DNA from: Laetmonice hystrix
Lineage: Eukaryota
Assembly: GCA_965235115.1 (NCBI GenBank)
Contig: OZ249436.1
Coordinates: 31,746,001-31,810,000 of the forward strand
Reading direction: 5' to 3'
Length of the DNA: 64,000 bases
The position numbers were made by a program, and so were the translations under genes. The notes beneath the pieces are model-generated. The model had not been told where the DNA came from. It worked only from the letters and a program-made list of their open reading frames with translations, and searched no databases. This document shows positions 12,012 to 26,348 of this stretch, one piece after another (the stretch's first letter is position 1; the number at the start of each line of letters is the position of its first letter).

Positions 12012-15000
12012 CAATCCTGGTCGTATCCATTTTGTTTACAACATGCCTACACTTCCTCCAGGTTTACTACATACTCTAGCAGGACCCTCACTTTTTTGCC
12101 AAAAGGGCCATGTGCAACCATGTGCAACAAAATAAGTTGTACATCTTGTTATATTTCTTAGAATCAGCCCTTAATGTGTATGGTGAGATGAGCGTCTGGA
12201 GGCATGCAACGCGGTCTCGGTCAAGTCTCGGCTTGAAACAAAAACAAGAGTGTTTTAAAGCCTTCTATTTTATGTACCTCTCGCTATTTATGGCATAAAC
12301 AACATGTTGAGCACAGGCTGCAGACTAAACTGAACCCTGGCAGATCTACTTAGAGCTATGCCCACTTGGACCAAGAAAGACGTGCGGTTCCAAAAGGAAA
12401 ATTTTCGCACTTCAATGCAGTTAACAGCAACCCCATGGTGACAACCGCTCAGTTTGTAATATCTTTGTAAGTACGTAATATCTTTTTCACTTTCAATCAT
12501 GTTTTAAGTGATCGGCCACAAAGGATTCAGAGCATACGCTGCCATACCATCAACTCATGACTAATGGGTCTATAGACAGTTACAAATATATCTTACTCTA
12601 GCATTCTGTATCACTGCATGGTGAACTCGCATTTTTCTAAGCTATACTCATTCATCTTTAATGATACCAGTATCAAGCGGGAAAGCCACCTAGATCCATA
12701 CCAGTATCAGGTATTAAACCACCGAGATCTATACCAGTATCCAGCAAATAACATTCACAGACGAAAGCGGCCAGCGCATCTCTACCTTTGCCATCCATCA
12801 TTGTGGTCTCTATTGACCGCCTCATAGACGCGCGATCAAGGGAATACAACTCCTATAGGAAACCCTGACTGAGGAAAAAAAATAGGTCATTTGTGTGATC
12901 GTTTCTGCTCAGGGTGACGTTGGCGAAGCTTGGTGGGACGGGGTGCACCCCCATCCCAGCCTCTGTACCAACTCACCCTCCTGTCACCTTTGACATTTCC
13001 CCACATATTCCTGCATTCACTTCTTGGCCTACTTCCACTGAGGATTCCCCCTCGCACACACGGCAGCAGCTTACACCCATCCATATCTCACGGTGGTTGT
13101 CATTTTGTGACCTACTCAACAAAAGACCAGCCGGTTACAGCAGCTAATAGACTTGCTGTGTCAGCTAAATCTTGACACATGAATGCTAAAATAACACTTG
13201 AGCCGTGGTCAGTTTGTGCATTGTGCCCTATAGTCGTTAGCAGCATCCCTGCTTTATGTGCGGCATCGGCCAGAGTCGGCATCAGCGACACCTACATACA
13301 CAAAATGTGGTTTTTATTACAACTATATATAGCCATCTTTTTTCAGACTAGGGGCTCTAGGCTGTGGCTAGGGCTGTTTCCGTCTGGTCTCCATCAATAA
13401 TGAGGGCTCCAACAGCACGAGCCTGTGGGTCGCGTAGCTCTTTGCGTTGTCTAGACCTGTGGCTCTGTACTTTGAGAATCTTGCTCAGAAGCATTGGAAA
13501 CAGCATTCCCACAAAGTGGGTGTATTCCACCTAATCCTAGGGAGTATTTTTGTCAGGTCATACGGTTGTTTATGGAACTTTCCTCATGAAGGTCGTAATC
13601 TCAGCAAGGCCAGGCTCTGGCTTACTGGTATAGGTCCTATTCTGATTGGCCTAGGGGGCGGGGAGTCAGTTGAACCCCCCCCCCTCCCATCAACCTCTTT
13701 CAAGAAGCACAAATGACATTTAGTGTGATGCATTCTGGAAACAGGAACGTTCCGTGTAGGGAAGATGGGGGGGGGAGGTGAAAACAATCGGGCACATGGC
13801 AAGCCGACCCTATGAAGACCTACAACAGGAGGATGCTGTCAGGAGGCAGGCCAGAGTGGAGGAAATTTGTCCGTCGGCAATCAAGACGACTTGATAAATC
13901 ACTAAGATGATTCTTGGAAGAAGGCTACAGCGGCACGTCCACCAGACTATAAACTTAGCACAATTCTGTTCGAAAGTTTTATCTCGACAGATCACCCTTC
14001 AATCTGAGTCATTCATTTCGGAGAAACTTTCGGAGAAACAAGGTTAAATTTCCCAATCTAAAAGATTATACTTTGCACATTCACGACGTAATCTGACATC
14101 ACAGAGACGATGGATTATGATGTCATGGGCAAGGTAATAATAAAAACCTCCGTACCCCCTTCCGTTACAACTATCTAAAAATTGTACCATGTATATGGGA
14201 ATGGCAGGGGGGTCTACTCTACTCGAACGACATGTGTCCTTGCACGACAGCTATTCAATATAAACCCTATACTTATAATTATGTCCTGCGTTCATCAACT
14301 GACGATGAGTTTGGGATTATGCCAGTTTTGCATATTGGTAACAGCATCTTACTACTTTAACAACGGCCTTCACAATATTCCTTCTTTGAAAACTTTGAAA
14401 GGGTATATTGTTATCCTTTTGTTCCTTGAGTTTGGAGTCGAGAGGTCAAACAAGGTCTCTCAACACTAATTCAAATCGGCACACAACGGCGTTTTTTCCC
14501 GACTGAGTTGCATGTCTGCTGTTTATCTTCGACATGATGTTGAGTAGACCTACACGGCAGACCACAATGTCGGAAACCTTATAACGCAGAGTGACGAAGA
14601 CCGTACCCATAGCCTGACTTTAACAGACCGCGCCGTAAAAGATTGACAGGTATCAAGGGTAATCATAACAAACCGGGACAACGCCATCCATTGTCCACGA
14701 CCGTCTTCAGTTGATGTATAAGCTTCATTCCCCCTGACGTAAGTCTCCCCGCTCTGACCCCTGCCCACCACCTACAGTCCTCAAACTGTCGCTGGATTTC
14801 AGCTGGTTTCCCAGGTCGAAAGCCACGTGCACTTACATCATGCCAAGCAGTCGTGACTGTCTGACACACCTCGCTATGATCTGCATGCCAGGCCTGTATC
14901 AGCTGGGATATCACGTACTTCTCTAACCACTAGATCCTACGGTAATAATCCACTGGTGTCGTAACTACTTCTCAGTATACACCACTCCTATTCAAAGTAA

Positions 15001-16189
15001 CATGCCCGATCGCTCTCTCGTTTGAATTGCCTCCACTTAACATTCCATGGAACTGAAAAGACCAATTGTGAAGATCATGAGACACGACGGGGTACTATGA
15101 TGATAACAACATACTTGTTTTTTTTATCTATTTACTTGGCTTATATACAAACACCACGCCTTCACATGTTAGAGCCACACTGCCCATCGTGATGGACAAA
15201 ACCTCTTCATGGGATTCCGTCCCTGATTGTACCAGCTGGTACACGATCATTCCCAGTTTTTATCAAGTTAAAAATCTTCACACTTCATATTCTAATGACT
15301 TGAATCATTTTTGTAATTTCCGACAGCTGCTTCGCCTCGCCGACCCATTCCAAAGCGCTGCCCTCTCCTCCATAAGGACCTTCCTCTCTCACTCGGTCTC
15401 ACCAGCAATGACAGGACACTGATGAGGCACTCAGATCTGAGCCCGCCTGTCGCTGGACCCACGTACAACACTGCATGATGACCATCTGACGACCAGGATC
15501 TGTCGCCTTCGTATCAGATCCTTATCGTAATCCTGCGCCCATGGTCCCGCATCAATGAGGATTTTCTCCCCGCATCCATCACGCCGCCATTAGATTACTC
15601 TCATATGGGGACACTCCATCACTCGCTTCTATCAAACGAAAATCGAGAGTAAGGACATTCTGATTACTGTGTAAAACTTGCCGGAATGCCGTGCATGATG
15701 AAGCGCTATGAGATAAGGATGTTGGTGAAGGGTTGGAAATACCCCCGCAAAATTACTTTCAGTACCGTTGCGACATTCTTTCCATTATCCTGATTACGAT
15801 CTTGTCTTAATTATCACGTCCCGTTACTTGGAAGACTTTTCGGCTTTGAGTGGCCGTTGGCCTCCAGACATCTACATGCAGGTGAAGTCATGGGTGTCTA
15901 ACCAGTTGGCACTTGCTGCAGGCACCTGTTACACCATTTTTCTTATTGACGCAAACTGTAATTCAACTATCATCACTCACATAACTTGTGTTCATTGACA
16001 TGTTCAGTGACTGACATGCATGAACATGATTTGGGCTGTCATGCAAACAACCAATTACACTCCTAAATCTCGGCGTCTCGACTGCTACACTTGCCCTCAG
16101 CCAAAGTACATGTACATGTGTAGATCTATATAGTGAAAACGGGGGTGGGGGGGGGGGGGGGGGGTATTATCCCATTTTGTTCACGTATA

Positions 16190-16465
16190 CAGGACGTCCT
16201 ACAAAAAAATGAAATCCTAACATATCATCATTTTATGAAAAAATGGTACTAACTAGATACAAGTCACCAAGTGTATCTGATAGGCCAACCCCTCCTCTTT
16301 TTAATGGTGTGTCAATTTCCTAAATCCAGTCACAGCTGACAGAATTAATAGTGTTTTCATTCCACAACCCAAATGCAGCCTGGTAACAACTTATATCTAG
16401 TTAATATCATTTTCTCACAAAACGATAATATTTTAGGATTTCGTTTTTTTTTCTGAGACGCCTTG
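16190..16465. mobile_element. Tc1/mariner-type MITE (about 276 bp)
   Basis: Imperfect TIRs: left CAGGACGTCCTACAAAAAAATGAAATCCTAA, right (reverse complement) CAAGGCGTCTCAGAAAAAAAAACGAAATCCTAA. TA flanks both ends (16188-16189, 16466-16467). Confidence 0.75.
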
Positions 16466-19400
16466 TATATACAAACAGTTTGGAACAACTATGAAAAGCC
16501 TTCGTTACAGAATTTTATTGAATGAAAAACAGTGTAATCCATTGGGTGACAAAAGCCTTGATATATGAGTTGTTTTAAACAAGCAGATCAGCCATAGGCC
16601 CAATTAAAGAGCCTTCCTACCTTTTGTTTTATCACCTCTTTGCGTCTGCCTTTGTAAATAGTACTGTTAATTCTGCCAATGTTTAGTTTTACAGCAGGCA
16701 ATGTATTGTCAATCAGGCGGACCTCTGAGGGTTTCGGTCAATAGCTGTCCCGCTTGTATTTTACTGGTCCGTATCGCACCAATTAATCCTTATATTATAC
16801 AGATTTTTTTCAGCTCAACCCTTTCTTTGGAATCCTGTAGTGTACTCAATAGACAATAAAATACCTCATATGTATACACTCGTGCAGCCTTTGTGGTGTC
16901 GTAGTCAACTGAAATGTCTTATATGAGGTGGCAAATTTACGTAACTTATTGTATTTGCATTGGAAAATTTACAGAAATGATCGAATAGTATGACTGCAAA
17001 TCAAATTACGTTAAATTGTTAGGCTCTTGAGTCTAATTATCTGTCTTCGTGCCAAAGATTTTGAGAGATTCTGGAGGTATTCTCAACCCAACCTTGGTGT
17101 TAATCACTACCATGCAGTTGGGCAGTGAACAATATAAATACAGGACGATATAAGGGCAATAAAGATCTAAGGTACCGCAGTCAGTAATGCACACACAAGA
17201 TGTGCCATAGTGCAGTTTGGTGCTTAGAATTCACACCCAAAGGTGTATAACATTGCACTGCGTACATGGCCGCTGAGTCAATGACAGACGAAATATTTCC
17301 TGCTACGACCTACTGGTGATCCTGAGCAGTAAAATGACTCACTTTATCTTGAATGTGCCAGGAACTCACTAGACACCTATGTTAAATCATTTTGTGATTC
17401 ATGCTCGGACAGAGAAAAAACTGTAGAAACAGGTCAGAAAGACTAACCTTTCCGTTCTTACTCAACGTTTCATTCCGACTCTGGCAAGTCTGCTTAAGAC
17501 CAAGAGAGAAAAAATGACCTTCACGTGAAAATCGGGTCTGGGCACAGCCAAATTATACACCACATTTAGAATAAAACTGTCTATCACATTTAAAACCAAA
17601 CATGTCACGAAGATCAAATGCCAAACCGCTCTGATCATGTCGACAGAAGGGACTGACATTTTGTGACACTCAAGGACGGAGCTGTAATTAAAGTGACAGA
17701 CTCGGAGAAGTGCCTTGTGACCCGCCGCTGGGACCGTCTGTGTGACAGCGGCATACCTCAGGGATCTGGCCCAGATCATTGTGGATGCATGGCCTGACCT
17801 ACAGGTGGAAGACAAATGATCCATTCGGGACCCCCGCTCACCCACCCCGACCGCAGCCTCCACTCCAACATCAACCTCTCACCTGTTAATTGGTAAATCA
17901 CAGGTGGCAATGCATCGCCAATGACCCGGGACAGATTGCTAGCCAAACACTGCATCACTTAGAGACCGGCCCCCACCCGTTTCACCCTCTGGGGGAGGGC
18001 GACGGTGGGTGAAGACAGATGATTCTGAAGCATGCCTTCATGACTTCTGCAGGCTGAAACGTTCATTACTTGACCTCATATTGGGCGTTAAGGATCCGGA
18101 ACCAGCTTTATTGAAGGGCCACTGTGCCTGGCCATAAAACACAATCCAGCACTGACTGAAGCAGTTTTCAAGGCAGGCTCTCCTCCTGCCTGACATCTCA
18201 ATGCATCAGTCGGCGTCCATTATGACTGGAGGGCCGTGTTTGACCGATGACACACCAGCGGCCGGTGTCGGCCACTACCTATTGACATCAATCATTAGGG
18301 CCAAGAGTGGGCAATATCTTTATGGTGGCCATGCAATCAAAGTGCGACTACACGAGGCTGACTTGGAGGGTGGAGCGGCATACTAGGGCTGTCATGCCGT
18401 GACAACATATTTTATTACCACGTCAGGGATCGTGACATCTGCGGCGCTCGCTGCCACAGAACCTACTGATCTCTGCTGCCAGAGTCAATGGCTAACACGA
18501 CCGCCATGCACTCACTGGTCGATTTATTACAAATCTCGTCTTAAAATTGTACGGTTCGGTTACACTGACCGAGTCTCGTTGCACTGACATTATATATGTT
18601 CCGGGTAATCGCCATCTTAGTGAATCTCAATACTTGTGCACACCGACATGAAAGGTTTGGAAAGTGATGGTCAATCATGATGCTTAGCACTGACTAGAAG
18701 TCGGTAAAATAGTCTCCTCATGGCACGCTTTGCACTGATCAATACCATGCGTATAAACTAGCATTTTACGTAAAATGCAGAAAAAAAAGTATGAAGATCA
18801 AACCATACATATCAGTCCCACTCAACATAATCCGACCATTTTAGTTTCTATAAATATTTTTATAAGGCATCATCAAACGTAGGTTCCACTACACAGAACC
18901 CCATTATCTGATATCCCTTCTTTTCTTTCACGGAGCATTAAACAAGAGCTGACCCCGGGTTTGGAGTCGGTTAGCGGTTCCCACAACCTTTCGTCATCAC
19001 CTTCTGTCACCTGGACCATACTGTCGCCAGATGTGGCCTCAACTGAAACATCAGCCAAAGTCTGGTCATAAAGACCGTTAGGGAGCGAGGCGGCTGGTTT
19101 CAGTGGCAGTTGGGATGGGCAACAAATATCACATCAGATATTCGTTGTCCCTGTATTTTACCGTGTACTTCTATATGATGAAATATGATTACCGTATATC
19201 ACTTTTTATACGTTATTAGTGAAAAGACGTTTTAAGACGCATGAGAATCAGCATGTGCATTTGAGCAATGATCCTAGCTGCTCATATAGAATAGTTGGCC
19301 TCAGTATATACCGGTACAGATCAAGGTTGATTAGACCACCATAATATTATGGTTACCGTATCTCTCTGCTTTCCAGGATACACAACGTCAACTTGTGGAC

Positions 19401-19976
19401 AACCGCAAAATTGTGTCAATTGGTTGCCAACAACCAGCGTGTCTTCGGGGCTCACCTTGAGTAGCTGCTCACTTGAGCGGCAAAAGGCTGCTCAGTGTTG
19501 CTCAGGGACAACAGGAAACCAAAAAAAACGTTACCCCCCCCCTCTTCGAATCGGTGTGACTGGGCTAACACCAGAGTCAATGTTAAAATACGGCAATACG
19601 ATTTTTCTGTCGTAATGATCTCTCTGTCTGTATCATGTTTTTACACCACACTCTCATATCACAGAGAGTCGGCAGTCGCGCCTGATTTTTCTATTCTCAA
19701 CAACTGTAGTAAAACTAGTTTCACGTCATAAATCACAGCACCGTTTGGGTTTTTGTTTTCTTTCTTAAACGTCTCTTGTTAAACACCAGGTTTTACCCCG
19801 GATGTGTGCATCAGTCTCCACTACAGTGCTGACTCCATTGAGAGCAATTTGGCAAGGTATTTGTAATGTAGTGACAAAACATAATGCAGCCAGACACGCC
19901 CTCTGGGTCTGTCGTGTAACAGAAAATTTGATAATGACCATTATGTCATTATGGGATTATGAGAGGCAGAGAACAT

Positions 19977-20152
19977 CCTCCCTCCCTCCCTCCCTCCCTC
20001 CCTCCCTCCCTCCCTCCCTCCCTCCCTCCCTCCCTCCCTCCCTCCCTCCCTCCCTCCCTCCCTCCCTCCCTCCCTCCCTCCCTCCCTCCCTCCCTCCCTC
20101 CCTCCCTCCCTCCCTCCCTCCCTCCCTCCCTCCCTCCCTCCCTCCCTCCCTC
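19977..20152. repeat. (CCCT)n / (AGGG)n microsatellite, about 44 units
   Basis: Uninterrupted tetranucleotide run, read directly from the sequence. Confidence 0.99.
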
Positions 20153-20782
20153 TTGTAAAACTGAGAAAACTCTATGCCCCCTATGTTAGTAACTTACGGC
20201 CCGAGTTGATCTCTGCCAACCTATCAGAGTACTTAAGTAGCTCTTGAGATTTATTGGTAGCCTCGGGCGACTATATGCTGGTGTAGAATTAATCCAACCC
20301 TGAAGACCACTCTGCCTACTGAGTAGGGAGTTCAAGATCCTCACTTGGAGCCCATGAACCAACATTAAGAAAAACAGCTACGCTTCTGAGAACCTAAAGG
20401 AAAATCAAACTAGAATGTCGCCGACTTTTTCTCTTTCTGTACCATCATTCGACGAAAGCTTTTGTGTGGGAGGATTAAATGTACAACAGTTCCTTTTACT
20501 AAGTAAAGCAACACGGGACTTCTGTGACGGCCCTATTCTTTGGCCGGCCGGCGGGAGGTGCCCACCTACGTGTCAAGGTACACTGACGTATTAACGTGAC
20601 TGCTCTACTATTAGCACACAGACCATGTGAACAACACTAACAGGTGTGATGCACCTGACCTTAGCCATTGGCCACAGGCTGTGGGCACTGCATGAATAAC
20701 ATCGATTATCACTTCAAACTAGCCCAGACTCCTGCTGCTACTGTTGTAACACTTCGTCAATTATGAGATAAACAGGACCATG

Positions 20783-20898
20783 ATGTGGTCCTGATGTGAG
20801 ATATCATACAAAATATATATAATATTCGAATGTGCGTCCCCATGTGGTCCTGATATGAGATAACATGCAATATACATATAATATTCGAGTGTACGTCC
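20783..20898. repeat. Diverged tandem duplication, about 59 bp x2
   Basis: Two copies of ATGTGGTCCTGATRTGAGATAWCATRCAAWATAYATATAATATTCGARTGTRCGTCC. Confidence 0.8.
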
Positions 20899-23800
20899 AG
20901 CTATAATGTTTACGACGGCTGGAATGCTGATTATATACGACGCATGTATGTGTAACGTGTAAACACACAATGGAACTTAAATGTCAGCTAGAGTAATCGA
21001 TTTCCACATAAAGTTCCTCCAGACCAGAATTACTTTTTACACTTCGAAGCTTAAAAGCATAATAAAATGCTACGTAAAGTAACAGGATACTTTAGAACGA
21101 ATAGCTTCACAAGATACGAATATTCCAAACTTCCTATTTCCATTTATCAGACAAAATAAAGATAAATTATTCAACAAGTCTAACAAAGGACTCAAGTAGA
21201 AAACTGGTCTGAAGTTTAATTTATTGATTCTGAATCCATCTCAACTCATCATCGTATCCCAAAATACTGTTCCAAAATTCCATTTCATATTCCTTTCCAA
21301 AACAAGCGTCATTTATCCCCTGACTACAGGCAAGCGGCTGTGATGTCAGATCCAAGCGGACTGAAAATGTACATGTATTCGTAATCCACTCAAATCAACA
21401 AATCGAGGTGTCCAGTCAGTGTAACTCAATCCCAATTGCATGTTTTATTGCCTCACTACCTTTTCAAACAGTATGTAATGGTGTGCTGAAAACAACCAAT
21501 CAAAATCTGGCGATCTGCGAAATCCGATCTGACAAGCTGTAAAATTACCAATACAATGACCTTATGATATGACTAGATATTGAATATACTGGCAATAAAA
21601 ATATACATGTTTACTGCTATTAGCCAGATACTCAAAATAGAGTTACTGGCACGTATCGCGCGATTGTGCAACCTACGAGATAATGGTGGGGTCGTGACAA
21701 TCTGAAACACATTGTACACAATTCCCAGGTAATACAAGAATATCGAGGAACAACTTCCTTACATTATAGCCAGAGCGTTGCTACTAACGTGCACTAATAA
21801 TAGATTTTCACTTCAGACGTGACCATCCATTGTTCAACTCCTTTAATGAATTCCAATGTACAGGTCTATACAGAAGCTTTGTGTTGAAAGTCCTTTATAC
21901 AGTCTGTTGAAAGAATGTGTGAATCGATGAGGTAGTAAAAGTAAAACACTGAATGCCCACAGGCTGCAAATCATTGACACTGCAATGTTTATACCTGCAC
22001 ATATATATACAGTGCCGATCACACCATCAAAGGCCTGCACGCACGATTGCCTGAGAGATCCAAGCTGGTGCATAATGTAAACGGCCCTATAGACAAAAAA
22101 TCATTAATTTTAAGTGAAAAGAATATTCATCTAATCTCTAGCTTAATCGATTTCATAATTCAAGGTTTCAACTGACGCCAAGAGTTAAAGTGTTGGTTTC
22201 TATGGTTTTTTATATGCTGATGAATTGAACGTGGCTTTGGATCACCATCATCCAGTTTGTGTGAGGTAAAACTATCCTTTTTTTATATATTACTCAAACA
22301 GGTAGTGCAACAGTCATGTTCTTGTTCAAAGAATAAGGAAATTCGAAGTATAAGAATACTTGTATGACATCCTAAAAACCATTCTGTACAAAATTAAAGC
22401 ATGGTAACAGGTGTGAAGTCCTTGGAGCACTCAACCGGCTCAGTGTATATGTCAAGGTACGGCCAACGCCATAATCGTGTCGCCTGCTTTAATCTTACCA
22501 ACGCCTCAGACGCAGGTATACGTATGGCAGATCTTATAATCCTGAAGTTTGGTCACGTTGAACACACAGACTTGCTCGTGCTTTTCAAACCATGATCGGC
22601 AGCCAGTCCTATTATTTTATCATAGACCTGGAATGCAGCCAAATCAAATGACATTTAAATAATTTATACATTTACATGTATGTGTTAGGTTACTTTCAAA
22701 GCTGTGCTACCTCTCAGTACTCGGCTTCAAGTATGTTTAATCAGGCTGATAGTATCTTGTGTTATTACAGGGTTTGGAACTGACATATATCACAGACCCT
22801 CAAATAAACAACTAACATCTCTGTGGCCATCTCTGTGGCCAAAGGGTTGGCACAACCACCGCAGCATCTTTGTCTGTACATCGTTGGCGGGGGATAATCG
22901 TTTTCAGAAACAACATATCCAAACTAGACACTACAAGACACTGGTTGTTTCCTTATTATTTTGTTTTTAATGTATTATGATTTAATAGAATATTTGAGTA
23001 ATAAAAGTCACTAAAGGTTATTGGTAATTTAATTAAACTTTTAACAATAGCACTTCAAACTTTCTAGCCAAAAAGAAGCAAATTGCAGCTCCATGCTTTT
23101 GATGGTTTCCAGAGGGACATTCCAGCAGCAGTGAATTAACGCGGTACCGACGACCGACCGGTGAGAAATAATGGTTTCTAATGAAAAAGTGCTTTCCATG
23201 GTGGCCGGCTGGAAACATGTGATTTTGGTGAGTGTACCAGAAGGTACTAATGACAGCCTAAGGATACCGGCTTGCCTGCCTACCTGCCTGCCCGCCTTCA
23301 GTACCGCGGGTACATCAAACATACACCGTCAGCAGCGCCGATTGTGGATACCCATACCAGACTCACCATTGGATCTTCAATCACGCTAACCACTCGGGAT
23401 AAACAGGGACATTGGAGTCGCTGGGCCGGCGTCAGATTTTATACACCGTGAATTCACACTGACATTTAGGGACATAACCAGTCAATTGTAATGTTATTTG
23501 AAGCTTTAGTGAAAGCTTCGCACTTTCTTGTCCTGTGCTAGTGTCATATCATAAACTGTCCCGTGTCCCGTGCGTCTGCCATTCCGCTGTATTATAAATC
23601 ATAACTGCCCCATCTACACACTGTGTAAATATCACCAAAGTTTACTCGGGAGCTCTCAAATAATTACTGTAAAAACTACAAACATCCTGAGTTCATCGAG
23701 AGGGGAAAGGTCCACAGAACTCGACCAGAACGGCGGGGTACTGAATAATAGCTCTTCTAATAATGTGATCTCGCGCCCCTAACAATCAGACTGTAAAGTC

Positions 23801-24300
23801 TTCTTTCTGAGTCTCATATTGTTGTTAACAGGCGACAAGTATAATGTTGTACAGGCTATTGAAGGATTTTTCAAAGGGAAACTTTATGTAGAATAACGTT
23901 TGTTGGCAACTACAAGGTCGAATCCATCCAGTGAAGGTGTGAAAGGCAACATGAGTCATTAGACAAAACTCTTGCAGAGTTCAATGCTGCAGTGCTAGCG
24001 TTTAGCCCGAGGGGGGCGAGTTCATGTGGGCAGGGCCCGGCTGGGCCTCATTGAGGTCAGACTCCGTCACACACCACAACAAGATAACAGTGCATGTGTA
24101 GTATGCACCGCTGACTGCATAAATCACCCACGTCTCGGAGAAAATACATCACCTGCATTTTTTGTGTATGATCAGAAAAAAAAGTACTTTTTTTTATACA
24201 TCACGAACTGGAAAGGTTGTTTCAAATAAAAGTTGACCTGGATGTGAAAGGCATACTTAGCAAGGGCTTACAGCCTTACAACATCTCACACCTTTTGTCA

Positions 24301-24430
24301 CGTGTAGTTTGGTCCACCATAAAGCTATTGTTACGTATGGTTTGGTGCGCCATAAAGCTATTGTTACATATGGTTTGGTGCACCATAAACCTATTGTTAC
24401 GTATGGTTTGGTGTACCATAAACATTCTAT
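24301..24430. repeat. 33-bp tandem repeat, about 4 copies
   Basis: Unit close to CGTATGGTTTGGTGCACCATAAAGCTATTGTTA; 11-aa period in ORF 24217..24432. Confidence 0.9.
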
Positions 24431-25227
24431 GAACTGTAGAGCGTATGACCAATGAGCCAATGACCAGTATTATGTTAATATGAAAAAGAGCAACTGAGCA
24501 GGATCGCAGATAAGTGGTAGGTCTCTAGGATTCACTTGATTACAAATGCTGTTTATTTTTGCTGTATATAACATCCCTTATAGCATGAAAAGACATAAAG
24601 ACCTAATGTATGTGTGCATCCAGTAGGATACAACTCAATTTAATGTATCATACCGTAGATAAACGACAACGACAGCCACTGCTGCATTATAATAAACATG
24701 CATGATGGATGACTATGAAAATATCAAATGGCAAATAGCCAAGTACGAAACGCTGAGTGTATTTGAGTAAGCGATTTTCATGCATGAATAAGACGCATCA
24801 ATGAGAGATGTGGGAAACTACTATACGGATCGCTGTCAACTACCAGATTTCCCAATATATCACATTCCCAGCGCTATAGGGGCCTACTTCTACAAAATCT
24901 GGGTGTGCTTGTAAAACAGGAGTCAACATAATTTTCAACGCGTTTGAATCCAAGTGATTTTATACCCTGGCGACATCATCCTAGTATTCGACCAATCAGG
25001 TAAAAAAAAACCTAGAGCTCAGCTGCCTTATTTCTTAGGGGCCTTGGGGTTGCTCTGGAGCCAGGATTTCAACCATGAAACCTTGGGTGAATAATTATGA
25101 CAGTGAATTCCAACAATTCAAAATGGGGATGAATATGTCAGTAGGTTCGATCCACACTGCCTGTTCCACATGTCGGGTTTGCGCCCAAACGTTGTTTCTG
25201 CTAATATTTCCCTCCCTGTAGCATGAT

Positions 25228-26348
25228 GCTGTACTCTATCTGTACTCACAAACCACCAAAAAGTCCATCCACTCCCTCTGCTGTATTCTATCTGTACTCA
25301 CAAACCACCGAAAAGTCCATCCACTCCCTTTGCTGTATTCTGTCTGTACTCACAAACCACCGAAAAGTCCATCCACTCCCTTTGCTGTATTCTATCTGTA
25401 CTCACAAACCACCAAAAAGTCCATCCACTCCCTCTGCTGTATTCTATCTGTACTCACAAACCACCAAAAAGTCCATCCACTCCCTCTGCTGTATTCTATC
25501 TGTACTCACAAACCACCAAAAAGTCCATTCACTCCATCTGCTGTATTCTATCTGTACTCACAAACCACCAAAAAGTCCATTCACTCCATCTGCTGTATTC
25601 TATCTGTACTCACAAACCACCAAAAAGTCCATCCACTCCCTCTGCTGTATTCTATCTGTACTCACAAACCACCAAAAAGTCCATCCACTCCCTCTGCTGT
25701 ATTCTATCTGTACTCACAAACCACCAAAAAGTCCATTCACTCCATCTGCTGTATTCTATCTGTACTCACAAACCACCAAAAAGTCCATCCACTCCCTCTG
25801 CTGTATTCTATCTGTACTCACAAACCACCAAAAAGTCCATCCACTCCATCTGCTGTATTCTATCTGTACTCACAAACCACCAAAAAGTCCATTCACTCGC
25901 TCTGCTGTATTCTATCTGTACTCACAAACCACCAAAAAGTCCATCCACTCCATCTGCTGTATTCTATCTGTACTCACAAACCACCAAAAAGTCCATTCAC
26001 TCCATCTGCTGTATTCTATCTGTACTCACAAATCACCAAAAAGTCCATTCACTCCCTCTGCTGTATTCTATCTGTACTCACAAACCACCAAAAAGTCCAT
26101 CCACTCCCTCTGCTGTATTCTATCTGTACTCACAAATCACCAAAAAGTCCATTCACTCGCTCTGCTGTATTCTATCTGTACTCACAAACCACCAAAAAGT
26201 CCATCCACTCCCTCTGCTGTATTCTATCAGTACTCACAAACCACCAAAAAGTCCATCCACTCCCTCTCCTATATTCTATCTGTACTCACAAACCACCAAA
26301 AAGTCCATCCACTCCCTTTGCTGTATTCTATTCACAAACCACCGAAAA
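25228..26348. repeat. 52-bp minisatellite, about 21 copies
   Basis: Unit GCTGTATTCTATCTGTACTCACAAACCACCAAAAAGTCCATCCACTCCCTCT; three units give the 52-aa period in ORFs 25223..26440 and 25330..26361. Confidence 0.98.

Noticed and set aside
17878..17900. Second AG|GT recursive-like site (AATTAACAG|GTGAGA, minus strand)
   Set aside because: No pyrimidine tract; far weaker than the site at 7005.
19802..20189. (PPSL)n ORFs
   Set aside because: Translation of the (CCCT)n microsatellite.
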